Counted from the first letter of the stretch, positions 10,590 through 19,565 are shown. The stretch is DNA of 20,084 bases from Octopus sinensis (GCF_006345805.1 NW_021824062.1:1-20084), one strand, 5' to 3'. The notes: generated from the sequence alone by a model not told the origin. Numbers and translations: made by a program.

Positions 10590-11053
10590 TGCATATATGT
10601 GTACATACACATAAGTGTAATATACATACATACATTCATACATATTTGTATATTATATATACACAATATATAACGTAATACACACACACAAATATATATA
10701 TATATACATATATATATATAATATATATATAATACATATATATATATATATATATACATTACACACGCATAGATATATACGCATTTCTATGCATACACAA
10801 ACATACACATATGTAGGCATATACACACATATATATGCATGTGTACACATCCATGCGCGTATATATATATACATGCATGGATACATATACAGACATACGC
10901 CCATACATAGATATATGTGTGTGCATAGATGTAAATAAGTACACACCTACATACATATACATAAATATATGTGTAAACACACATATTTATATATATAAAT
11001 ATACGTACATACATTAACATACGACTATACATACACACAAATGTATATATATA

Positions 11054-11095
<42 letters not shown>

Positions 11096-11110
11096 TCACA
11101 CATACATGTA
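10590..11110. repeat. Compound (TA)n/(CA)n low-complexity tract
   Basis: Visible directly. Confidence 0.93.
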
Positions 11111-11144
11111 CGATATCTATGACATAACGAAAATAAACATTATC

Positions 11145-11420
11145 TACACACGTAATAATTTAAAATAATAAATCATAATATTTTATCTGGTGTTATTATC
11201 CGATAGGCCGCCATGTAACATCGTAATGTATATCTCTTTCTCTGATGAAATTATGCTCATAGCATGAAAATGCAAATTTAATACACAAATTTGTAATTTA
11301 ATTATTTAGTACTAATGGAAACGGCTGTAAGAAGTAATGATTACCAGTTTCTTAATAATAAATAACTATTCTTTTTAACTTTCAACTTACTATTTTTTTC
11401 CTTCATGTAACTTGATATGA
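11145..11420 (+). mobile_element. Hammerhead-bearing repeat, right arm of the inverted pair
   Basis: Diverged reverse complement of 9845-10140; ends at a (TA)n tract. Confidence 0.7.
11238..11333 (+). ncRNA. Type I hammerhead ribozyme-like motif
   Basis: ttct (11238), CTGATGA (11242-11248), long helix/loop II, GAA (11318), ACGGCTGT (11321-11328), A, agaa (11330-11333). Core and helices I/III are identical to the inverted copy. Confidence 0.68.
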
Positions 11421-11432
11421 TGTATATATATA

Positions 11433-11622
11433 GAGAGAGTTTACAAAAAAGAACAAAAGAAGAAGTCAGGTGGTGTACAAAACGAACAGATGTATTAGTA
11501 TAACGCTCAGGAATAGAAAAAGTATTTTACATTTCGAGCCTACGCTCTTCTACAGAAATGGACACAGAAAAAACAAGGTGAGAAACAAGGAGAGAAAAAA
11601 ATGTGGGTAGTGGCTGGCTAAC
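11433..11622 (-). mobile_element. Short Penelope pLTR-like fragment with a variant minimal hammerhead motif (11525-11558)
   Basis: The minus strand reads ttt-CTGTAGA-a-gagc-gtag-gctc-GAA-ATGT-A-aaa. Helix II is a perfect 4 bp, but the core is non-canonical (CUGUAGA). Flanked by (TA)n on both sides. Confidence 0.5.
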
Positions 11623-11752
11623 GATATATATATATATAATATATATATATGTATATATATATATAACCAAAAAATAAGCAACAAGAATGGATCCGGTAAT
11701 TTAGATCAGTTTTTATGATTGGAGCTAAGAATGGGGGCTTCTGAACAATTAC

Positions 11753-11861
11753 CGTGGTACCATCCGTTTCCATGTTCATTAACCGTTTGGCATATATGCT
11801 TCCAGTTCTGTAGAACTTCCATAAAAGAACTGCTTTTATGTTCTTCTCTATACTCGAGATA
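11753..11861 (-). other. Candidate spliced exon (109 nt)
   Basis: Acceptor ttcactttcactttgccatatAG and donor ACG|GTAATT. Two frames are open (ISSIEKNIKAVLLWKFYRTGSIYAKRLMNMETDGTT and YLEYREEHKSSSFMEVLQNWKHICQTVNEHGNGWYH); no family recognised. Confidence 0.3.
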
Positions 11862-12422
11862 CTATATGGCAAAGTGAAAGTGAATTATTACATTGATTTT
11901 ATGGTGACCAAAACCGATGAGAGCCTGCTTTCTCTTAAATATGCTTTTTGGTGAAAACAGCAAAGAAATGTAATCTTGTATCTTGTAGTTGTAGTGTATG
12001 CAATTGAAAAAAAATCATACAACATCTCTTATATAAGATTAACCAAGTAAAAAACACAGCAGCATCTTCGGTTCTAAATCAGATCTTCTTGCGGAAACGT
12101 CTCGTTCATCGCCAGTTCTTTCCTTCTTTCTCACATGTAAGCTCATAAATTTTGTTTATAGTTTCTTGCGTGGAAGAATTATAATGTGTCTGTTAAGTTT
12201 ATAGCGATTTTCGTCTTCAGTTTCCATTCTTACTTCACGATGTTCCTACATACAGTACGAAATGTCAGTACGAACTTCAAATACTTCTGCCTTGCTCATA
12301 AGCAGCACACCTCCTTTGTCAGTTCAAGATTTTCTCCCCTTCCTTCCGTCCAATTATTATATTTCTTTTCCATCTACTGATGAGGCACAGATGTGATTGT
12401 CTGCTAAGCAAGCATGCAGTTT

Positions 12423-12478
12423 ACCAAGGCCTTCTGAGTGAATTCAGTGGATAGAACCGGGTGGAAGCCTGTCATATG
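12423..12478 (+). mobile_element. SINE family A head fragment, degenerate
   Basis: accaaggccttctgagtgaattcagtggatagaaccgggtggaagcctgtcatat aligns with 3020-3074. Confidence 0.65.
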
Positions 12479-12521
12479 AATATATATACATATATGTACA
12501 GCCTCCCCTCTTGTATATATA

Positions 12522-12578
<57 letters not shown>

Positions 12579-12587
12579 CACACAATA

Positions 12588-12790
12588 GGGGATGCCGTAA
12601 AGGCTTCTCGTAAAAGAAAAACACCGGTTCCAGTCAATTGTGATTTTATCCAAATTATTCGCTTCTCAGATGCACGCAATTATTGCACCGGTCCTTCGTT
12701 TCTTCTAAGCCGTGTAAAAGATCTCGCAAGGTTTGGCCTAAAACCAGAGCTTTCACAGTAACCTCAAAGCCAGGGACTTTTCAGCACCCC
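12588..12790 (-). mobile_element. Mariner-derived MITE (about 200 bp) retaining the transposase C-terminal codons
   Basis: Degenerate terminal inverted repeats: ggggatgccgtaaaggcttc on the left and the reverse complement ggggtgctgaaaaagtccctggc on the right. The internal minus frame LHGLEETKDRCNNCVHLRSE*FG* resembles the mariner ending GIxKLxxRWxKCVxxxGxYxE*. Confidence 0.7.
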
Positions 12791-12835
12791 TTCCTTCCTA
12801 CACACACATACACACACATATATATATATATATTT

Positions 12836-12900
12836 CCTTCCTCTTAGTCATTGGACTGCGGCTATGGTGGGGCACAGCCTTGACGGTTTTTAGTCGAATG
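12836..12900 (-). mobile_element. SINE family A 3' end fragment
   Basis: ttagtcattggactgcggctatggtggggcacagccttg...tttagtcga aligns with 14270-14320. Confidence 0.7.
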
Positions 12901-12989
12901 AATCCACTATCTTTCAGGGAGCTAAACGTAACGAGTCAAGCAGCGGTAGGAACAATCACAAACCTTACAGTCACATCTGAGCCTGGATA

Positions 12990-13055
12990 TGCATATATAT
13001 ATATATATATATATGGTGTGTGTATATACATATAGATTATATATTATATATATAT

Positions 13056-13103
<48 letters not shown>

Positions 13104-13126
13104 GTATATACATAATATATATATAC
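12990..13126. repeat. (TA)n microsatellite, imperfect
   Basis: Visible directly. Confidence 0.95.
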
Positions 13127-13340
13127 CGGAGTAAACACATAACAGTGAAACAAGGTGGAAAAAAGAGTACTCAAATACCATGGTAGAGTAATATGCTTTA
13201 TTTAAAGCAGCAGAAAATTCAACAAAACCTGTTACTCTGATATGTCATTGACATATCGGTTCTATTCTAGCAAAGACTGTCCGATGAACGGCAACGCGAA
13301 ACTCAGAGTAACTGTTTTGTTGAATTTTCTGCTGCTTTAA
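13127..13340. mobile_element. Penelope pLTR-like fragment with an internal inversion
   Basis: A 38/39-bp inverted repeat (13202-13240 vs 13303-13340) encloses a palindrome and a hammerhead motif. Flanked by (TA)n on both sides. Confidence 0.65.
13277..13314 (+). ncRNA. Minimal type I hammerhead ribozyme-like motif, degenerate
   Basis: ctgt-CCGATGA-acg-GCAA-cgc-GAA-ACTCAGAGT-A-actg has a GNRA loop II, palindromic helix III and a GUA triplet. The inverted copy reads acag at the last position, which restores helix I. Confidence 0.65.
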
Positions 13341-13341
13341 C

Positions 13342-13344
<3 letters not shown>

Positions 13345-13396
<52 letters not shown>
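13345..13396. repeat. Perfect (TA)n microsatellite
   Basis: Visible directly. Confidence 0.97.
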
Positions 13397-13400
<4 letters not shown>

Positions 13401-13760
13401 GGCAGTTTGTCTGTGCGTTTTTCTGTGTGTCTGTTTGCTTGTACCCTCACCTGACCACGGCTTTCAACCGATTCTGATGAAACTTGACACACACATAGCC
13501 CAATGTCATAATTCAAAACTAACGCAGCGAAAATTTTGAAAAGTTCCCCCAGTTCTGAAAAAATCGATAAATTCGAGGGGTTGAGAATCAGAAACAACGA
13601 ACAACAAACTGTCTAGGGGACGCAACTCCACCTTTTTTAAATCTCAAAAAAAAATTTACCATAATTTTTTCCATTTTTTTGCTATTTTTTGGCTATAACT
13701 CTCTAAAAATGCTTTATAGTTATTTCCTTACAACCTGAGCAACGCCGGGCGATACTGCTA

Positions 13761-13761
<1 letters not shown>
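13390..13761 (+). mobile_element. Non-autonomous Helitron (about 370 bp)
   Basis: The 3' end has a GC-rich imperfect hairpin cctgagcaacgccggg followed by CTAG (13758-13761) and then T. The 5' end TATATAAACGGCAGTTTGTCTGTG merges into a TA tract, and there is an internal caaccgattctgatgaaacttg motif typical of small invertebrate Helitrons. Confidence 0.85.
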
Positions 13762-13814
<53 letters not shown>

Positions 13815-14068
13815 CATATATGTATGTTTATATATATATGGCGCTACATTCGAAACAAAATTATCAAAATTAACCAAAAATCACTTTTTCTGAACTTAGC
13901 AGATGTAGGCGATTTTATTGCTCACTATAATTTTCTCCTACCGTGCCTGTATTTATTTTGTGACCATTCCATGGCACAGAAGTATTTTTCACTTCTAACT
14001 TTAGCGATGCAGGTACTCGTATAGTGTTGGTATTTTGATAATACTATCAATCTCGCATTTACTTAGAA

Positions 14069-14132
14069 TACACACACACACCCACACCCACACACACACA
14101 CATACACACACACCCCACACACACACACACAC

Positions 14133-14167
<35 letters not shown>

Positions 14168-14250
14168 ATATATATGTATACATATGAACATATATATAAT
14201 ATATATATACATACTTATGTAACACACACCCATATATATATATATGTATA
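14069..14250. repeat. (CA)n + (TA)n compound microsatellite
   Basis: Visible directly. Confidence 0.93.
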
Positions 14251-14403
14251 TTCTTTTACTCTTTTACTTGTTTCAGTCATTTGACTGCGGCCATGCTGCA
14301 GCACCGCCTTTAGTCGAGCAAATCGAACCCGGGACTTATTCTTTGTAAGCCCAGTACTTATTCTATCGGTCTCTTTTGCCGAACCGCTAAGTGACGAAGA
14401 CGT
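14251..14403 (-). mobile_element. SINE family A 3' module, little diverged
   Basis: Close reverse complement of about 3228-3378. Confidence 0.9.
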
Positions 14404-14680
14404 TTTGATACTTCTTTCGCTTGGAACTATTTCTAGTTGTTCTGTTTGTTTACGTATTCTATTGTTGATCCACCTAGGTTCAACCTCTTTTGACGTTGGG
14501 ACATCGAACAAGTCATAACACACTTCCATCGGTATTTCTTCTCTTTTTTCGGTATGTCTAGTCTTCAGTTGGTTCAAATGTTTATGCTTATCTTTTGACG
14601 AGTCCAAAACAGCTCTCAACGAACTATAACATCTTCTCAATTTCCTGCAAATCTACGAACTCACGAACGACACTTTTCGA
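14404..14680 (-). pseudogene. RTE-clade LINE internal fragment (linker between endonuclease and RT)
   Basis: LRRCYSSLRAVL...KHKHLNQLKTR...EEIPMEVCYDLFDVPTSKEVE...IVPSE resembles the RTE pattern FYxxLKAVYG...WxEHFNQLLNR...IPQ...DLDxPPTxxEV...IPAE. Confidence 0.6.
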
Positions 14681-14684
14681 CTTA

Positions 14685-14846
14685 CTGCAATTTGTCATCT
14701 CACAAATCCACTCACAAGACATAACCTCGGTCCGAGGCTATACTAGGAATTAGAAGACACTCGCTCAAGGTGCACATAGTGGGACTGAACCCCCCGAATA
14801 TGTGGTTGGGAAGGAATCTTATTACCACACAGCCAAGCCAGCGCCT
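14685..14846 (-). mobile_element. SINE family A head, diverged
   Basis: The reverse complement reads aggcgctggcttggctgtgtggtaa...gggttcagtcccac...ccttgagcgagtgtcttcta...tatagcctcggaccga...cttgtgagtggatttg and aligns with 2918-3045. Confidence 0.85.
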
Positions 14847-15147
14847 ATGTTGCATCAACTTCGGTAAATATCTGCATTGCATTATATAGACTCGATCTAC
14901 AGTTTAGAAGAAAAATACAACCATTTTCTTTAACATGAGATATTATGACAGTTCCATATCATCATAAGATAGGGGTTATCTCGATGGTGTTCAGTTAATT
15001 AAGCTAAGAATTAACACAAAAGCATCTCAGGTTATAAGCAGTTACCGAGATGCATTCTGCTTCGCTTCTTTCTCTTATAAGGATTTAAATTGTTTCTTAA
15101 AATTTGGTAATTAAAAACAAAACCAACCGGTGAATAATTATTTCTCA

Positions 15148-15455
15148 ATACACACATACAAACATGCATACACACACAGACACACACAGACAGGCACACA
15201 CACACTCAAACAATCTGATACACACAAAAACATGTATATGTATATACACATATATATATGTGTACATATATATAGATATGTATATATATATATATATGTG
15301 TGTGTGCCTATGTATATATATAAGTATATATATATATATGCGCATATATATAAACATATATATATATATGTATATATACATATACATATATACATATATG
15401 CATATAATATATATATAATATATATATTATATATTACACATATATTATATCTATG

Positions 15456-15495
<40 letters not shown>

Positions 15496-15538
15496 TATAT
15501 GTGTATATATATATATATATGTGTACATATATATATGT

Positions 15539-15603
<65 letters not shown>
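15148..15603. repeat. (CA)n/(TA)n compound microsatellite
   Basis: Visible directly. Confidence 0.95.
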
Positions 15604-15736
15604 CTGTGTTTTTGCTATGAATTCGAGCACAATAACCCTATAGTTCTTTTGTGACATATTTTTTCACGTTCGATCAACTGGCCTCTATTGATATCCATAA
15701 TTACTTTCTGTTTTTATTAAAATTTAACGTGCATTC

Positions 15737-15739
15737 TAA

Positions 15740-15804
<65 letters not shown>

Positions 15805-15822
15805 GAAGAAAGAAAGAAAGAA
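15737..15822. repeat. (TAAA)n(GAAA)n compound tetranucleotide microsatellite
   Basis: Visible directly. Confidence 0.97.
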
Positions 15823-16236
15823 AATACTCACCATCAACAAAATAAAATAATTCAGCGTATAAAACTTTTAGATTAATTATACTTAAAAAAAAAAAGAAAA
15901 ATCTGAACTTTCCCAAACCAAGTCGTGTTATTCTTATTGTTCGGTTAATGAAATATTCAACACAAACAAGGTAAAAGTAAAAACGAAACGGAAAAATAAT
16001 ACTTATTGCGTTTCACTATTTTAGCTATTTTCCATTTGATGAGATTCCTAATCATCAGAATTTTCCATATCGTTTAAATAAAAACAGGCGTAAATTTCGA
16101 ACAACTTTTCATCGGGATAAACGTAACAATGGTTGGTGATTAAAATATAAGGTCAACAGTAATTAAGGAGATGAGGAAAGTCGATTAAATTGTTCTCGTT
16201 TTTTTTTTTTTTGATAGGTATTTTATTTTATTTTGG

Positions 16237-16320
16237 TGAGATTTGAACACAAGTTCGAAAGAAGCAGAAGAAACACGGCAGAGCAATTCTTACTGAACGC
16301 GCTAATGATTCTGTCAGCTC
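16237..16320 (-). mobile_element. SINE family C head, highly degenerate
   Basis: gagatttgaacac...aaacacggcagagcaatt...cgcgctaatgattctgtcagctc aligns loosely with 16928-17010. Confidence 0.55.
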
Positions 16321-16324
16321 ATAA

Positions 16325-16795
16325 CCTCTGTGTACTTCCCTGGGCATGGACACATTGAAAATCCGACGTCTGGCAGCTGACTTGGCAGACACCCATAAAA
16401 TTATCAACCATCGTACAAACAATAACTCTGACCACCTTTTCAAACTCCACCCATCTAACACCCGTGGACATATTTACAAAGTAAGAAAACAGCACAGCTC
16501 CCATGACTTCAGGAAACATTTTTCCACGCTGAGAGTTGCTGAAGCATGGAACAAACTGCCGGCATCAGTTGTTAGTTGTCGGAGCACTGCATCCTTCAAA
16601 ACTTCCATGCTTCCTGAGATTCGGCAACACTACACTTGATTTTCTCCCCTCCATACACACACAAGCATGTATCTGACTCATACATTGTTCGCTATCCAGA
16701 CATTTCTACATTACTGCATGTACTTTATATGCACTTTTTGACAAGTTGTGGTGCATCTGAGCACTGTATACAATAATTTCATTATATTATTATAT
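16325..16795 (+). mobile_element. CR1-clade LINE 3' end: ORF2 C-terminus, 3' UTR and short (ATT)n-like tail
   Basis: ORF 16346-16639 (TLKIRRLAADLADTHKII...NTRGHIYKVRK...FRKHFSTLRVAEAWNKLPASVVSCRSTASFK) matches the CR1 motifs RRLRGDLI..YKI, TRGH and RV...WNxLP.....S...FK. The frame is uninterrupted and the element is 5'-truncated. Confidence 0.92.
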
Positions 16796-16805
16796 ATAAT
16801 ACTCT

Positions 16806-17013
16806 TTTTTATCGTAAGCACAAGGTCTGAAAATTGTGGGACTGCGACAGGGGTGGGAGGAATCGGTTTCATTCATCCCACTTATTTTATCGACTCCGAA
16901 AAGATGAAGTGCAAGGTTGACCTCCATGGAATTTGAACTAAGACCCATAAAATGAAGGAAATGCCGCTAAGCATTTTGTCCTGTGTGCTAACGATACAGC
17001 CAGCTTGCCGCCT
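16806..17013 (-). mobile_element. SINE family C, near full-length diverged copy
   Basis: The minus strand starts aggcggcaagctggctgtatcgttagc (A-box-like), then tagttcaaattcc (B-box-like) and the central ccttgcacttcatcttttcggagtcgataaaataagt. Confidence 0.85.
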
Positions 17014-17049
17014 AACACATCACTTTATTAATTCCTTCCATTATATTGT

Positions 17050-17905
17050 TAGGGGGGGGAGCTAGTCGATTACATCGACCCCAGTGTTTCACTGGTATTT
17101 AATTTAGCGACCCCGAAAGGATGAAAAGCAAAGTTGATTTCGGCGGAATTTGAACTCAGAACGTAACGGCAGACGATACACTTATTTCTTTACTACCCAC
17201 AAGGGGCTAAGCACAGAGAGGACAAACAAGGACAGACAAACGGATTAAGTTGATTATATCGACTTCAGTGCGTAACTGGTACCTATTTAATCGACCCCGA
17301 AAGGATAAAAGGCAAAGTCGACCTCATTGGAATTTGAACTCGGAACGTAACTGCAGGCGAAACACGGCTACGCATTTTGCCCGGCGTGCTAACGGTTTTT
17401 ATTTCTTTATTGCCCACAAGGGGCTAAGCCTAGAGCGACAAACAAGGACAGACAAAGGAATTAAGTCGATTAAATCGACCCCAGTGCGTAAATGGTACTT
17501 AATTTATCGACCCCGAAAGGAGGAAAGGCAAAGTCGACCTCGGCGGAATTTGAACTCAGAACATGGAGACAGACGAAATGCCGCTGATCATTTCGTCTGG
17601 CGTGCTAACGACCCCGGAAGAATGAGAGGCAAAGTCGACCTCGGCGGAATTCGATCTCAGAACGTAGAGACAGACGAAATATGTATTTCTTTACTACCCA
17701 CAAGGGGCTAAACACAGAGGGGACAAACAAGGACAGACAAACGGATTAAGTTGATTACATCGACCCCAGTGCGTAACTGGTACTTATTTAATCGACCCCG
17801 AAAGGCTGAAAGGCAAAGTCATCCTCGGCGGAATTTGAACGCAGAACGTAACAGCAGGCGAAATACGGCTACGCATTTCGCCCTGCGTGTTAACGTTTCA
17901 ACCAG
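17050..17905 (-). repeat. Head-to-tail array of SINE family C copies (unit about 217 bp plus partial units)
   Basis: The tail tatttctttaYtRcccacaaggggctaa starts at 17183, 17400 and 17684. The core gaccccgaaagga.gaaaggcaaagtcgacctcggcggaatttgaactcagaac occurs five times. The central segment resembles Meta/Sauria-type SINE domains (from memory). Confidence 0.9.
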
Positions 17906-18462
17906 AACGCCACGTTGCAGCTTTCAAATATTTTAGCAGAAAGTTATGCGGTAAAACGATCGGTGAAAAGATACGGAGAGAGTGTCTCTACATGGCCACA
18001 GACCAATGTTCGAAGCGACTAAAAGAGTGTAACATTTCCCACGATAGTAATCCAAGAATCGAAGACAATCGTGTTCAACGAACACATACACATGTACACG
18101 TATGAACCTACACGTATATCTACACACACATGCGTCCGTATATATAAACATATCCATATACATACATACATAAATACGTACGTGTTTATGTGCTGTATGT
18201 GTGTGTGCGTATAAATATTTCTATTTTCGAACGTGATAGTCTTCAATCGTGTATGTGGGAACACACGCACATATACATACACACTTGGATAGACACATTC
18301 GACGTGGACAATACATGTATACTTACGTATGTGAGTTCGTTATCTTCGGATAACTTCGTGTGTATTCGCCTCCGGATAACTTCATGACATATGGAAATCG
18401 TTATTTCATTGCATTGTCAGAGTTTCTAAAGTTGTATTTTCTACTTTTCCCTATACACACCG

Positions 18463-18464
<2 letters not shown>

Positions 18465-18510
<46 letters not shown>

Positions 18511-18615
18511 GTATGTATGTATGTATATATGCATATATAGATAGATTGATAGATAGATAGATAGATAGGGATAGATAGATACATATATACCTACATACAT
18601 ACATACATACATACA

Positions 18616-18649
<34 letters not shown>

Positions 18650-18905
18650 CATAGACAGATAGATTTAAATACGTATATATATGCGTATATATATTTGTGA
18701 GTATGTGTACATATTTACGTATATATGTATTTACATCTATTAATAGCTTACACTTACACACACATGCGCACACATGGACACTCACCGACACACATATACA
18801 TACATAAATGTATACATATACACATATATATTCACACACACACATACACACATTCACACATATGTGCATGCCCCCCCCCCATATATATACATATATATAT
18901 ATTTG
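18465..18905. repeat. Compound (TA)n/(GATA)n/(TACA)n/(CA)n microsatellites
   Basis: Visible directly. Confidence 0.95.
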
Positions 18906-19414
18906 TAATATCTACATATACCCATCCACATAGAAACGCAGAAAAATCGCAAAAACATATCGCATTATTACAAGGCATCGAACGAATGATGCGATACATT
19001 TTGGAAGAATTCTTGGAGGCGGAATTTCAGTAAATTTCGATGAAGCGTAGAACATTTAGCGTTATTTTCGAATATAATCTTATGTTAGGGAATTTGGAAT
19101 TATATTTCAATGTAAAGGTTTAAGGAAGACTCTTAACTAGTTATGTATATTATGATTGCATGCGTAGCAATGTGTATGATTGTATATGTATATGTGTGTA
19201 TGTTTGTATGTATGTGTGTATGATTACGTGGGTGTACCTATGTATGCGTGATTAGATGTCAGTGTGTATGTATGTACTTACGCATGCGTATAATGTTTTT
19301 AGGTATACATATATATATATATATATGTGTATGTGTATGCATAAAGACAGAAAAGGAAAGAGAAAGAGCGAAAATGAAAGAGAGCAGAAATAATGGATAC
19401 GGTTGAAGAGAGAA

Positions 19415-19565
19415 TGTGTGTGTGTGTGAGAGTGAGACAGGAAGAGTGCGTGCTTGTTTGAGTGTGTGTGTGTGTTTGCGCGTGTGTGTATGTGTTTGTG
19501 GAGGTGTGTGTGTTTATGTTAGTGTGTGTGTTTGTGGCTCTGTATGTATGTGTGTGTGTGTGTGT
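19415..19565. repeat. (TG)n imperfect microsatellite
   Basis: Visible directly. Confidence 0.93.

Noticed and set aside
12377-12410. CTGATGAG
   Set aside because: No downstream GAAA/UH half.
13474-13483. CTGATGAAAC
   Set aside because: No helix II; it is part of the Helitron internal motif.
17250-17936. Repetitive ORFs and possible CRISPR-like periodicity
   Set aside because: Units are about 217-bp SINE copies with no unique spacers and no cas genes, in a eukaryotic context.
18933-19049. Protein-like unique stretch at the end of ORF 18725-19033
   Set aside because: Weak splice signals, no recognisable homology, and the ORF start lies in a microsatellite.
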